A stretch of DNA of 63,647 bases from Hemiscyllium ocellatum (GCF_020745735.1 NW_026869159.1:124001-187647), one strand, 5' to 3'. Positions 25,740 to 40,330 are shown, counted from the stretch's first letter. The notes: generated from the sequence alone by a model not told the origin. Numbers and translations: made by a program.

Positions 25740-26950
25740 CCCACTGCCTCTTACCTTAAATTTATTCAGCGGTCACTGAAACGTCCACCAATGGGAAACG
25801 TTCATTCCTTTCCATTCTATTGACATTCATTCTTGTCCTTTTGATCGACGCTCCTCATAATTTCATAATTGTCCATCATGATCGCTGAGCCTCCCATATT
25901 GCAAGGCAAGTAAGCCAAGTCAATCCATGCTTTATTCATAAATAAATCTCGTCAGCTAAGTCAAATCGAAGAAATCTGCTTCGACACTCGCTCTTGCACA
26001 ATGCACTTCTTTCTATATTGTGAATTCCAAACCTGAACACAGTAATTTATCTGCACCCTAACCCACATTGCAAGCAGTTCCGCCAAGACCTCACCATTCG
26101 AAGCACTATGACCTAGCTATAAAAACAAATGCCCCGTTACTTTTATGTCTATCCCACCACCTTAACGGACCAATGGAGATGCATGCCAAGGTCTCTGTGG
26201 TCCACGGCACTTTGCAATGCCCCATCGCTCATCATGCATTACCTCGCATTTAGGAAGACTGAATTGAACTTGCCTCTAATCAGTCGATCAGACAATCCCG
26301 TCTCTCTTCCTGTTATGTTCGACTATCTTCCCCAATATTAATCACACATATTTAAAACGAATTTACACATCATCCACGAACGAATCAATCAACATTTCTA
26401 ACATTCACATTTAAATAACTTATATAGCCACGGACAGAATCATTCCAGCACTGATTCTGCTGAACTTCACTGAAATCAGGATTTCAGTTATACAAACTCG
26501 CCCGACCATGACACTGACTTCTGTCCCAAACCCAAATCTGGATCTAAACAGCGATTATTTCTGAAATTGAATGGGCTATTATTTTTGTTTTGAGTGGCCT
26601 CTGCGGGAACTAATCTAATGCCTTTTTGAAGTCCAAGGAGTCTATGTCAACTGCATTGTCCTCTTTAACAGACCTGTTCTTCAATTCTAAAAATTCAAGC
26701 AAGTTGTGCAACAAAACCCCCAATCATAACAATACTGTGCTGTTCACACTTAGTTAGTCTCTGACGATCCAAATGCATATTATTTCTTTCCGTCAGAGGA
26801 CCAACAATCGAGTTCAGAGTGAGTGGCTTGCAGTTTCTTGATTTATCACTTTCTTCATTGTGAAATAGCGTTACCACTTTGCCTGTCCTCCAGTCAGCTG
26901 GGAAAATGTAGTAAACACAGAAATTCATACAAATTCGTGTTCACTGACGA
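25740..26950 (-). mobile_element. Old CR1 LINE RT fragments
   Basis: ADWRTGKVVTLFHNEESDKSRNCKPLTLNSIVG resembles CR1 EDWRIANVVPLFKKG..NYRPVSLTSVVG. Confidence 0.65.
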
Positions 26951-28029
26951 TGTTAGTTTTAAACTATCACAGAAATACTGAGTCAATCTTCGAATACCTC
27001 ATGCGATGATATGGAACTTTGTCTACCCACTTAGGATACAACATCGCGCCTGACTGTGTGGCTCTGGTGCATTCTTTCCTCTTCTGGTAGCTTTCTGCAT
27101 CACTACAAAGCATCCCAAATTTATTAGTGAATGATTCAGTGCCGTCTTATTCCCTTCTGATGGCGTCTGTCTGTCTTTATCGGGGTTCATCCTCTCCTGC
27201 TGTTGCAATCTGTCTTTAACAGTGTACTCAGCGTTACTTTGATTTGAGAGAGGATAATTTAACAAAATTCAGTTACAAACGGCGCCTTCAATATTTATTT
27301 CCCCCGATTGCTGTCAAAATGCAGGGTGATGAAATGAACTAGTAGAGCTGAAAGGATATACTGAGTGAGTACGGAAAATCATAGGGAAATTTCCTTTTTA
27401 ATTTATGCATATGATTGTTGGTATGGCTGAAATTGTTTCCCTATCCGTACAGTTACCTGCAATGTAGAGATGCCAGCTTTGGACTGGGGCGGACAAAGTC
27501 AGAAGTCTGATAATACCAAGTTAGAGTCCAACAGGTCTATTTAATGTCATGATATTTCATAGCACTGCTTCGTCTGTTGGAATACAACCTGGTACCGTCA
27601 GACTTCCGACAAAAGTAAAGTGAGAACTACATGGCTCTCCGTTTGGTGTCACGTGTAGGATTCACTAGACTAGGCGAGGACGACAGCTTCCTTTCCTACA
27701 CCAATTTATTGGACCAGATTGGATGTTCCTGAAAGCTGATTCGAGGTCATCATTAATTCTTAATGGTAACTCTTTTTTGCTGATTTATCGTCTTCAATGG
27801 CAGGATTGAAATCCCTATTGCTCGCATATTACCTTACACTTTAGACTAATAGGCTATTGATCTTACCACAAGGACTACCCCTCAGTGTTTGATCATTATA
27901 TAGCTGAAGCTGATATATACAATGATACAACGATAGAGTAGCTGACAGTTAACTTTGAACTTATGTCCAGTGATGTAGGAAATGGGATTTGAGGGTTGAA
28001 ATTTAGAGAAGGGCAGCTTGTGTTTCCAC

Positions 28030-28720
28030 AAACTGTTTCGTATGGTGTGTGGCATAATGCAGCCGATGAATCCCTCTGCTAATTGAAACCAAACACCCAG
28101 AGAAGCTCACTTCGTCTCGTAATCTGTTAAAAATATCTAAATGAAAGAAGGTCTCAGATTTACACTCCATAATAAAACTTAACCATTTATCAAATTAACC
28201 CCAGCAAAGAAAACTAACCAAAACTATTGTCAAGATAAACACTCTTTCCCATAACCAACCACTATCCCTGAGCTGAACACAATTGCATTAAAATGCAGTT
28301 CCAATTTCACAAATACCGAACATTGCATTAGCTTAATTTCTCAAATTCCATAAGCCTCTTATGCTGTCTTCCTTTCGGTCTTCCTTCCAGTCTTCCGATT
28401 CTTCCCTGGGTCATCTTTTTACTTTTTACAGCTTTTACAGGGGAGAAAAAAAACTGTTGATGGATAGTGCATGCTGAAATTTCTTTGAGACAAGATGTTT
28501 ACATCTTCAGATGGCAGTTGCTCTGGTAAGTTTGCAAAATGCACGCTTTTTAAATCCCCCAATATCATTCCCTCTCATTGGCCCAATTTTTTTCAGTCAA
28601 CAAATTCAAACTCGATTGGATTTTAGTATCCTGGGAACGAATTAAATCAATTGGTCAAATTTGAAATGTTGTCAAAACAACAACCAAAACTCAGGCAACC
28701 ATTTAACAACCATTTGTGAC
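28030..28720 (-). mobile_element. Possible solo LTR
   Basis: Ends ..tttgtgaca (TGTCAC start on -); composition resembles the LTRs at 29149 and 32943; TSD not confirmed. Confidence 0.3.
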
Positions 28721-29747
28721 ATTTAGCTACTTTGAATCAGCCCGTCTCTTCGCTGTTCTGCATTCTGGCAGTTGTGGCTGTACTTCAAATTTACTCTTCA
28801 AATTCAGAACGCACTATGTACCTTAACGTGAGCATCCACTCTTCCAACTTTGTAACAGGTGGAACTATTGAGCGAGGGTGTATGGCCAATTTGTGCCGTA
28901 AAAATGAACTTTGCAGCAAGATAACCTGTAACAAAATGAAGACGTGGAACATGTAGAAAAAAAAATCTTCATAGCAAGACTACTGGAAATCTGAGGAACT
29001 ACATCCAATTGCTGAAAGATATAGTGTCAGAATGTTATGTTCATTCGTGTAATGACAATGAGAAACTAGCACTAATCAGCAATATGAGACCAGCTGATAC
29101 CACAAGACAGCAGCGCACTGAGAGCGGGGTTTCAGAATTCGTGTCATCTGAGATGAGACTGTTCCTTTAACAAAGTTATGTTGTCCTTTTTTTCAGAGAA
29201 GTCGTAAATGACACGCTGAAAAGTCTGGTGTGGACGGTTTTAGGGCGAATTTGATAATATCTAACGGGTACTACCTCATGCGGAGGCTTTCTGTGAAAGA
29301 AAGCTGGACAATGAAAGCGATGTGGCCATTTCTACGAGTTCAGATATCTCTGTTTTTTTTAACAGTGGTGTCAAAACAGGATCTACAGAAGCATGTCTAG
29401 GCTGGTACACTCTCTCTAACTTGTATTCTGGATGGCGTTGCATTTGATTTGAACTTTTGTGGCATGAGTTGTGTTTGGGAATTTTTCCAAATATTTGAAA
29501 CAGCATCATTAGTTTGCGATGATCTTTTGGGTTTTTGGAAAGGTTAAGTTATTTGTTATTTTCGTGGTCGTGTTTCATTCAGTGATCTAGTAAATGAATT
29601 CTTTATTTTCTAAAACCACTCGGAGTTTTCCCAGCTGATTATCTCCTGGAATATCCTCTTTACACCTTCTTAAAACAACAAGTAAAGTTTTGGTTGTGGA
29701 TACCTTCTTGAAATGTTTGGAGGTGTCTGGCATGGTCCATAACAGAT

Positions 29748-29765
29748 TGAGGGCTCGTTCAGGAT
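29748..29765 (+). promoter_or_regulatory. Primer-binding site, tRNA-Pro type
   Basis: tgagggctcgttcaggat vs TGGGGGCTCGTCCGGGAT (15/18), 3 nt after the 5' LTR. Confidence 0.7.
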
Positions 29766-30978
29766 TTGCTCTCGTTCCAAATTGGGATTCGAGTTGTTGG
29801 ATTCAAAGGCAGTGAGTGTTAGGTACTTGCGTCTTTTGTTCTTGGTGTTGATTTTGGTTAGTTTAAATGGTGCTTGGCATAGAAATGGCTTTTTCAGTTA
29901 CCAAGAGTTTTCTGGCTTCGGGGTTTTACTAAAGGTGATTAAGGCCAAGCCGCTGTAATTAGCAGATAAGCTGGAGTTGGAGCTGCCTCCTTGTGTGAGG
30001 AAATGAGAATTAACTACAGCAAGAGCTCAGCATAGATGTTTGCTGGAAACGCCTTCAGAGTCTTGAGAGATGGTTAAAAATCAATTCAAAATGTAGCATA
30101 TTGGGTTAGAGGCGAAGGACAACGAATTACGACTGAAAGCATAAGAAAAAGATATGGCAAGAGAGAGAGAAGAGGGAGATAATGAAAGAGAAAGAGAGGA
30201 GTGTTACGAAACGGCTAGATTTCCAGAGGCTGTTGCATTACACAAAATTGCAGGTAAAAGGTTTGTAGTGATATTACTCAAATTTTCCATGAAATAAGGA
30301 CTACCCACAGATATACAATCAGATCAAGGGTCAGACTTCACATCAAAATTATTCAAGGAAGTTATGGACATCTTAGGATTTAAACAATTCTACTCTTCTG
30401 TAACATTCAGCATTGCAGGGAGAGCTAGAAAGGGGGCATCAGATATTAGAGGCCATGTTGAGGGTTTATATTCAAGACTATCCAGCCGATTGGGATAAGA
30501 TCATTCCATTTGCGTTTTCGTGATCAGAGATGCTCCAAATGTATCGATCAAATTCAATCCATTTTAATTAGATTTTGGCAACGGAGTGAGAGGACCGTTA
30601 AAATCGATGAAAAAATAAATTGATAGTCAGAAGTAAAAGGCGACTTAATTGGATTATGTGTCAAATTTTAGGGAACGATTAAATAGAGCTAAGGAGTTGA
30701 CGAGACGGGTTTTAATAGCATAACAGTATATAATGAAACAGGAAGCAGAAAAGAAATCAACACTTCGCAATTTTTCTGTGGGGCTAAGGTATTATTGTTA
30801 CTTCAAGTGGTAGGTGAACCTTTAAAGGCATGATTTTGTGGACCTTATCAACTTGAATGGAAATTTAGTGAGGTGAACAGCTTGATAAGGGCTCCCGACA
30901 GAAACAAATCTCATAGAGTGCGTCATGCGAACATACTCAACAGGTATTTTGACAAGGAAGGTAAGCAACAGGAGAATA

Positions 30979-31286
30979 TTAGATTAGATTAGATTAGACT
31001 TACAGTGTGGAAACAGGCCCTTTGGCCCAACAAGTCCACACCGACCCGCCGAAGCGAAACCCACCCATACCCCTACATTACCCCTTACCTAACACTACGG
31101 GCAATTTAGCATGGCCAATTCACCTCACCCGCACATCTTTGGACTGTGGACCGGAGCACCCGGAGGAAACGCAGACACGGGAGAACGTGCAAACTCCACA
31201 CAGTCAGTCGCCTGAGTCGGGAATTGAACCCGGGTCTTCAGGCGCTGTGAGGCAGCAGTGCTAACCACTGTGCCACCGTGCCGCCC
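30979..31286 (-). mobile_element. Full-length HE1-like SINE nested in the LTR element
   Basis: On -: gggcggcacggtggcacagtggttagc (box A) ..gggttcaattcc (box B) ..(TAATC)n tail. Confidence 0.9.
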
Positions 31287-32931
31287 ACAAATATGTTTCC
31301 AATTACAACACAGAGGGAAGAGCGAAGTTCAGAGAATTCTGAATTTGACATTCCTCAAATTAAATTGTACAATGAGGAAACTGTCAAAAATTGGGAAAAA
31401 ATATTGACTTAACTTTCCAGAGGAAAATCGACTTTTCCTGAAAGAATTACTGCTATCACTTGGGTGGGCCGGGGACGGGTATGTGGAATTAAGCTAGGAA
31501 GTACTTACCTAATTGTGCATGATGTAGACATAGAACGTGCTGTTCTGATGTCGAAACATCCTCACAGGCATAACCCTCAAAGTTGGCACAGCTTGAAAAG
31601 GAGATGGAATGTATGCTCCAAGACATATTTGAAGTGAGTTACAATGACTGGAACTCACACACAGTAATCGTGCCAAAACCAAATAGCACTCAACGGTTAT
31701 GTGTGGACGATCACAAAATCAATGCAGTTATAAAGACTGTTGCATACCCGATTCCGTGATTGGAAGATTATGTTATGAAGGTGGGAGAAGCAACTTATTT
31801 TTCTCAGTTGGCCTTGCTCGGAGATACTGACAGGTTCTTTTGTCAGAAAGAGCAGACACATTTTCGGCTTTGATTACACCAAATGGAGTTTAAAGTCATG
31901 CCACTTTGAATGAAGGATGAGCCAGCCACGTTTCAGAGACTAACCAGTTGCTGGGTTACCTAACTGCGTCGCATATATCGATGGCCTGGTGACTTTTAGT
32001 CATCGTTATACACGACACAGAAGTGACATTTACAACTTTTTATCAGACTTATTCAATCGGCTTTGGAAGGCATAAAAGCGAATTTGTTAAAGCCCAAGTG
32101 ACCTCCCTGGCAAAAGTTATTGAACACGGCAAATAGCTCAACACGATGCAAAACAAAGGTAATTGGGAAATTGCCCATACCATTGACAAAAAGAGCAATA
32201 GTGCGGTTTCTGGGATTGTGTGAATGCCATCGAAAATTTGTACCACAAATTTGGTAGTGTGACTATTCCACTCACTGAATTGCTAAACAAAAGCATGACG
32301 TTTCAGTGGACAACAGAGTGGTCAGAAGGCATTTCACAGCCTGAAACCTGTGTTAACCACTGCCCCTGTATTAGCCACATCTAATTCTGTAAAACCATTC
32401 AAGGTGATTATCAAAGCAAGTGATGTGGTTGTTGGTGCAACGCTCTTAAAAAAAGTTGACGAGAAGACAGAAGTACATATCTGGTACTTCTCCAGGCAGT
32501 TGAACATACATCAGCAGAAATATTCGACAGTTGAGAAGGAGTATGTGAGTTTGGTGTTGACATTACGACATTTCAGTGTTTATGTTCCCAGTAATGTATC
32601 TAAGACAATCATGCACCCTGATCATAACCGAATGGTTAACATGGAGACGTTAAAGGACAACACAAACAGACCTTTCAGATCGAATTTGTTGTTACAACCA
32701 TTCAATCTGAAAATTGTGCATGTGATAGAACAGGAAAGTGTGATTGCCGACGTATTGTCAAGACTCGAATGAGAAGCGCAGGTATTCGGTGGCAGGAGTA
32801 AAACAGACTAAACGTGCATATTTGCACGTTTATAGCAAATGTAGTGGCATATGTGTGTCTTAGAATACTAGTAAATATTGAAATGTTTGAAAAATTAAGC
32901 CATCTTTGGATATTTTTGATTCATTATTTTT

Positions 32932-32942
32932 AAAGGGGGAGG
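32932..32942 (+). promoter_or_regulatory. Polypurine tract of the LTR element
   Basis: aaagggggagg immediately before the TG of the 3' LTR. Confidence 0.75.
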
Positions 32943-34720
32943 TGTGACGAAGCTGCTACTTTAACACAGTTATGCAGTCAGTGGTTTTATTTTCAGAGGC
33001 CGTAAATTACAGACATGGAAATATCTGTGACGTCGGATTTTAGGGCCATTCTGTTAACAGATCCTGCCTCAGGCCGAGCCTTTCAAGTTTACTGACTCTC
33101 TTTTTCCCTCTCTTTCTGACTTCCACCTGAAAGAATTTGAGTTTGATTTTACCTTTGGAGGGAAGGGGTGTTTATGGGGATTGCTGCAAATATTTGGAAC
33201 AGCATCATTTAGTTGGAGTGATCTGTTGGGTTTTCGGCGAGGTCAAGTTATTCAGTATTCTGTTTTATGTTGTTTGTGCTTCATTCAGTAATTTTGTAAA
33301 TAAATTATGTTTTGTTTGAAACTAAGTGGTTTGACGACCTGAAATCCATTCTCTCCACCCCCCTCCCCCCGGAATATTCGCTTTATTCCTCCATAAAACA
33401 CGAGCAAAGTTGGGGTCAGCGCTACCTTCTTGAACTGTTTTGAGCAGTCTAGCCTGGTCCATAACACTTCCCATTCCTGACTCTCCTTTCGCGAGATTGC
33501 AGCTACTCAGTGTCTGGTTTGTCTGAGGAGTACTTCTGACAGGTAACTATGGAGGTTTACATTCCACATTGCTTTTGAATTTTTATTTAAGTAAGTTCCA
33601 ATCTGAAAACATGAATTCTTCCCTTGAATTATTTCATTAAAAGGTTAAAAATAAGGAAAGCAAATTTTCTAGTGACTTAGAAACGAGTTTGACAGTATTA
33701 ATAAAAGAAAAATAATAACTGAATGAACCACCTACAGCTGCACATCAGCACCATTAGGAAAGTTCACTCTTGTAAAAGACTGGAATGGCAATGAGTAATG
33801 GTCAAATGCATAAATGAATTGGAGCTCTAAATTCTATCTGAAAACATGCTTTCTGTCTTCCTGAAAAATAAATCAAAACGTGTAAGCAGAAATATCAAAG
33901 AGTGCAAGCAAAAAAAAATCTGAATAAGTGTCACTGCATTCGAAATGTTAACACAGCTTTCTCTTCACAGATGCCTCCAGAACTGCGGACTTTCTCCAGC
34001 AATTATTACCATAAATTTCCCACTTTGTAACTGAATAAACGAACAGAGAGAGAGATCGAGAGAAATAAAAGATATCTGATGCAGGAACTGGGTAAGAACT
34101 TGGTAATGTTGATACCCAGTTAAAGAATCCGCGGTTACTCAGTAGGAGCATGGAGTGTAAAACATACAGCGTCAACGATCAATTGAAAACATCATTCATG
34201 GGGAAGCGGTTCAAACATTTGGACTGGGTACTGGGTTTTCTTCTTAATAATGATACATTTCAGGCTATCATGAAGAAGAAACTGGGATGAATAGAAACGA
34301 TTGGTCTGAAAAATAAAGAATGGCAATGGAGCACAGAGTGATGCAGCAAGGCTGGAATGAAAGGAGCGCTTACAGAATGAATGGATGGGAACATTTAGGA
34401 AGAACTGAAATAGGGAGAGTCATAAATAAATTAACAAATGCCACTTGGCCAAGAACATTGCAGACTGCAAGCAGGTAGGGCTGGGGATGGGACATAGATC
34501 ATGAGTTCGCCTCTCCTCTAGAAAGGACGAATTTTCAATTGTTCCACATTTGCTCAGGATCGATTGCAGTTAATTGTCAGAGGTGGAGAATGGACGTTCT
34601 GCCATTTTGTTATTTGTCCTGGTTTTCCATAATTTTCTGTATTAAATGCAGATTAAGCATTGTACTCTGCGATACTCTTATAGAAAAGAAACAACATGAA
34701 GAGATGTTTCTTTCCCCACA

Positions 34721-35619
34721 TTATTTAAAGCAATTAATGAGGGTGGCAAATGGGTAGATCAGAACATTCTTCAAATCCTCTCGAAACATATTCTGAGATA
34801 TTGTGTAAATGAAGACGTTGTTGCAGGAACTTAGTAACTGAAGTGTATTGGTTGCCTCTTGGAAGATATACCGAGGGTCACTGAAATCAAGGCCACCATA
34901 GTAACCCTCGGCTGTAAGCTTCGTGAAGATGAAATGTCCAACAAGAGGGGCCCACAGGAGGAGAAAACTGAAAGAGATAGCGAACAGCAGAATAATTGAC
35001 CTCTTGCGGTTCTCCATCTCTGAGTCATGCTGCTTCTCTGTGCCCCGGAGCCTCCTGCGGGCTCTGTTGGCCACTACGATCTGTCGTATGGTCAGGGCAT
35101 TGAGCAGCAGAATGGCAAAGAATGGGAGAAAAGGAGTATACATCTGGAAGAACCAATCATAAACCTGCCAAGCTGGCTGGATGTAGTAATTGGCTTTGAT
35201 GTTGCAAAACCAGGATATCCCATCTAAGACGTATATGGGTTCATAGATAAAGTAGAATGGGATGTTCTTGATGCAGCACAATGCACAAACTATCCCGATG
35301 ACCAATGACGCCATCTTCTCTGTGCAGTACCTGGTTTTCAATTTCTGGCAACAGATGGCCACAAAACGGTCGAAGGTAAAGGCAACTGTCAGCCAGACCG
35401 AACAATCCCAGATGGCAAAGACTACCACGATGCTGAGAGTGCATGCAGGAGTGGTAGACAAGACACTTTCCCGGAAGTAGAAGCGGCTGATTCGGTTGAG
35501 GATGACTGCAAAGATGATGACAAGAAAGTCTGTCACTGCGATCGCCACCAGGTAGTAGGAGATGCACCGGGAGAGACCGCACCGTCCTCGATATAGGACA
35601 ATGATTGCCAGCAAGTTGG
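34721..35619 (-). CDS. GPR139/142-like orphan class A GPCR gene C, exon 2 (intact; 322 aa with exon 1)
   Basis: Acceptor ctcacag|CC AAC TTG at 35619. Open frame with 7 TM segments, TM2 AVTDFL, TM3 TPAC..FDRFVAICC, ECL2 WFC, TM5 TPFLPF, TM6 LLLWAP, TM7 SSCNNVFIY, helix 8 FREDL. Confidence 0.95.
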
Positions 35620-37036
35620 CTGTGAGAGATTAAAAGAGAAAGCTATAACTGAACGCATTTCAAACACTAATTGCTGCTTTGTGCATTCTTCAATCATCAA
35701 CCTGCCACTTCGAGTCTCTGCATTTTCTGAAACTGTTGACAAATATTGGACATCCATTGTCAGCATCAAACACCGATCAATATAATCAGTCCTGGGAATG
35801 AACATCACTCTCTGGTCACTAAATAAATACCAGTTGTGATTTGTACAATTCAGGAACAAATGAAGTAATGTTATTGCCATGAATTATTCATACCAAACCC
35901 CGGTCAACCTTCAACTCATAAAGATGAACCTCCTTACGAGTGATGTCTCATTCTTTATAATATCAACCTACGACTTTTCTGAACTTCTGATGACTCACCA
36001 CATCGGTTTCAGAAAATCATGCAAAATGATCTGAAATCTCAGCTAACTTCAATCTGTTTCCCGTGTCTCCTATAATTGATCCTACGAACTGTGTCACTTA
36101 AAGATTTAACTCATAAAGCCACTCGTAACACTATCTGGAATTGTCACCTCAGCTGTTCTGCTTCTGCGCCCTTCTATCAGATGTTACATTGATCAAAACG
36201 TTTGGCAATATCTCACATTACTCGAGTCTAAATCGGTTTGCTGAAGTTGTTCTGGTGAATGCTACATACAGTGAGGCATTTCGAGGCGAAACGCCACTAC
36301 ACTTTCTCGTAGTTGTGAACAACGCTTTTCTGGGTAATTATATAAAAATACAATTATCCAAAATACTCGAAACTTTGCTGCAGAGAATCAAAATACCAAT
36401 GGCTGAAAAATTGCATCTCCACTGACGTCTTTGGATTAAATTGAATGTATTCCTGAAACCACTGGTGCCATCCATTGGGAATTCTATACTTTAACATATC
36501 CTTCCACAGCGCACACTGTAGATTAATATGATCACTAAACGTTTATTTAAAATAATAAACATCTCGTAAAGTACTACCACAAAATAAATCATCTTCAAAT
36601 ACTGCAATGCGATCCATGCAGAAGAGCATTTCACTACACTGTGACAAAGTATTCAACACACAATCAACTGAAAGGCTCGATTGCATTCTGCTGAATTGGA
36701 ATGGATAGTATATGTAACAATAATTACAATTTAATATTCATGCATAGTTGTTTCTCACAATTCAGCGTCTACTGGAACATTTTCCAATAAATACACAACA
36801 TACAAGAAACAAGAACAGCTTGCCTTGTATTAAAATGAAATTGGAAGTAGTGCACGATTATTTGCCTTGGGACTATCGGATCCAAAATGCAATGTATGCA
36901 CAGGAATCCGGTTGAAGTCACTTAAAATCAAAACGCTCAATATTTTAAAAGATCTGCAGGATCCTGAAAGTGAAAAAAATAATTTTTTGCAAATAAAGTA
37001 TTGGGAGAACGATTTTTTCGAGCGTCAGTGTCTTAC

Positions 37037-37106
37037 CAGGGGCTCCAATAACTGCGAGAATTGAATAGCAAATGAGAAAGAAGGGGGCAATGACTGGCGC
37101 GTGCAT
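37037..37106 (-). CDS. GPCR gene C, exon 1 (MHAPVIAPFFLICYSILAVIGAP)
   Basis: 70 nt (23 codons +1), GTAAGA donor, phase matches exon 2; homologous to exon 1 of genes A, B and E. Confidence 0.9.
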
Positions 37107-38289
37107 CTTCGCTCAGAAACGGTAGCAGTTGGCTGTTGCTGTGGATGTTGGTTCTGTGACACATTCAAGTGGGCTCTCATATATTCTAAGTGATTGTCTC
37201 GAGAGTGACAATTAAATAACAGCATGCACCTTACTTACAGTTCGCTACACAAAGAGATTAACTCTCTGCTTCATGTCTTTAAACAAGGTGAATAATTGTA
37301 TTTGAGGTTGGGACAGGGTCGTTGGAATTGCTTTGTTTCGTCCAGGTCCACAAATCATGATGTTGTGTCTGCATCAGGTAGATCCGCCAATGGTGGACAT
37401 TGAGCTGAGCTCCTGCATCTGAACTTTCTTTCTACTTTGACTTCTGCTATTCCCCAGTTGATTAATCATTTAAAGCGTTGTCCTAGATTTTCATTTGCGT
37501 TCATTCATATATCTTTTAGTGACTGGTATTTTAACATTTTCATAAATTTGCGTTTGAACCTTTGGGAAACAAGCATGGGAAGTTAGCAAGCATGGGACGT
37601 TAATGTGGTAGTGGTTGTCAAATGCAAATCTTCTCCCACCCACTGAATCTGAAAAATCCTTAATTTAATCTGAACAATCAGAATGCCGAAAGGCCGTTTA
37701 AGTGCTGATGCTCCTGATCACAGTTGCTTGTTCAGGAACAGTTGATCAATGTCAATGTTTAATATAAGGACAGAAATATCAGATAAACGAGTGACTGGAA
37801 GCTGTTTTAAAATATGTTGCCAGGTTCATCAACAAAGCAGACTTGGTCAATGTAATGCAGAAATTCCACAGTGTCTGCAGGAACAATTGGGATGAACCTG
37901 ATTGAAGTGTTCACTGGGACAGACGTAGTGTAACTTTGAAAGAGATATATAAATTTGCAGTAGCAATTAAGACACGTAAAGTTGCAGTATGAACTAAAAC
38001 AAGGTCAAATCCAGTAAATAACGTGATTGCATAATGCCATTGACACTGTTCCAAGAAACAATAATTAAGATAGAGGATAATTTCATACATTAGTGACACA
38101 GAACATAAAACGTGACAGTTAAGCACCAGCCCTTCAGCACTCAATGTTGCGCCAACCGGTGGAACCAATCTGAAGTTCATCTAACCTTCCACATCCAATT
38201 TGGTTCCATATGCCTATCCAATGACTACTTAAATGCCCTGAAAGGTTGCGAATCCAGAACTGTTGCATGGGATGCGTTATACGCCCCCT

Positions 38290-40330
38290 GCTAATCTCTG
38301 AGTAAAGAAGCTAACTCTGACATCTGTCCTGTATCTATCATCTTTCAATTTAAAGCTATATCGAATCGTGCTAGCCATCGCCATCCGAGATAAAACGACT
38401 CTCACTGTCCAAATTATCTAACCCTCGGATTATTTTATATGTCTCAATTAAGTTGTCTCAACCTTCTTCTCTCCAACGAAAACAGCTACAGGCACCTCAG
38501 CGTTTCCTCGTAAGACCTTCCCTCCATAACAGGCAATATCCCAGTAAATATCCTCTGAGCCATTTCCAAAGCTTTCACATCCTCTCTATAGTGTGGTGAC
38601 TAGAACTGTACGCAACACTCAAAATGTTGCACCAGTGTTTTGTCCAGCTACAGCATGACTTCATGCTTCGGAAACTCAATCCCTCTACCAATAAAAGTTA
38701 ACCAACCGTTTGCCTTCTTAACAGCCCTATCATGCTGGGTGGCAACTTTCAGGGATCTATGTACCTGGACACTGAAATATCCAAGAAACTGACCATGAGC
38801 ACAGTTCTCTGCATTATTGTTACTCCTTTCAAAGTGAATCACCTCACACCTTTCCGCATTAAACTCCATTTGCCGCCTGTAAGCCCAGTTTTGCAGCTTA
38901 TCCACGTCTCTCCAACATCCTTCATCACGATCCACAACTCTACAGACCTTAGTGTCAATCGCAAATTGACTAACCCAAACTTCGATGCCTTGTTCCAGGT
39001 CATTTATATTAATGACAAACAACAGCGGATGCTCAACAGATCCTTGCAGTCTCCCTCTTGTAACTGAACTCAAGGATGAACATTTGCCACCAACCATCTC
39101 TGTCTTCTTTCAGTGAGCTAATATCTGATCCAAACGTCTAAATCACCCTCAATCTCATGCATCTGTACATTGCGCACTAGTCTACTGTGGGGAACCTTAT
39201 TAATTGCCTTATTTAAATCTATATTCAGCACATCAACCGCTTGACCCTCACCCACCTGTTGGTCACCATCTCAAAAATCTCAATAAAGTTTGTGTGGCAC
39301 GACCTAACCTTCACAAAACCGCGTGGACTATCCATAACTTATTCATCTCTAGATGATTATAAATCTTATCTCTTACAACCCTTTCCAACACTTTACCTAC
39401 AACCGAAATAAGGCTGACAGGTGCAAAATACCCAGGGTTGTCTCTACTTCCCTTCTTTAGGAAGGGAACAACATTTGCTATCCTTCCATCTTCTGGCACT
39501 GTTCCTGTAGATCATGGTGACATAAAGATCAAAGCCAAATGCTGTGCAATCTCCTCCCTGGCTTCGCAGAGAATTCTAGGATAAATTCCATCCAGCACAG
39601 GGGACTTATATATTTTTACACTTTCCAGAAATGCTAACACCTCCTCCTTATGCGCCTCAGTCCTATCTGGTCTAGTAGCTTTTATCTCAGTGTACTCCCT
39701 GAGGACGTTATCTTTTTCTAAAGTGAATACCAAAGAACAGTATTCACCTATTTCCTCTGGCACCACTTCCAACTTCCCACCACTATGCTTGATTGGCCGT
39801 AATCTTCCTCTAATCATTCTTTTATTTCTGATATATCTGTAGAAAGCCTGAGGGTTTTCCTTCATCCTGTTCGCCAATGACTTATCATGTCCACTCCTGA
39901 CTCTTCTTAGCTCTCTCTTTAGGTATTTCCTGGCTAACGTGTAACTCTCAAGCGCCCCAATTGAGCCATCACAGCTTATTATAACATAAGCCTTCTTCCT
40001 CCTCTTGAAAATAGATTCAACTTCCTCAATCAACCACGGCTCCTGCGCTCAAAAACTTCGTTCCTGCCTGATCGGTACATGCTTATGAAGGGCCCACAGC
40101 AGCTGGAACTTGTATATGCTCCACATTTTAATTGTGCCCATCATTATGCATCATAAATCTTGCTTAATTGCATCTTTCCCCCAGCTATAACTCTTGCCCT
40201 GCGTTACATACCTATTCCTTTCCATCACTAAAATCAACATAAATGAATTATGGTGACTATCACCAAAGTGCTAACTTACCTCCAAACCTAACACCTGGCC
40301 GGGTTCGTTATCCAAACTCTAACTTATTTT
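38290..40330 (-). mobile_element. CR1 (HER1-like) LINE, ORF2 3' part, decayed
   Basis: ORFs 38648-39097 (QGSVEHPLLFVININDL..SQFAIDTKV), 39311-39499 and 39512-40033. Confidence 0.9.

Larger units (their letters stand above)
29149..33467 (+). mobile_element. Decayed Ty3/Gypsy-superfamily LTR retrotransposon with Gmr1-like order gag-IN-RT-RNaseH
   Basis: 5' LTR 29149-29744 and 3' LTR 32943-33467 (TG..CA, both ending ggtccataaca). Integrase FPEAV..GLPTDIQSDQGSDFTSKLFKEVM at about 30220-30900; RT ..IVPKPNSTQRLCVD..YPIP..FKVMP at about 31550-32100; RNase H ORF 32350-32772 ends just before the PPT. Confidence 0.85.
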
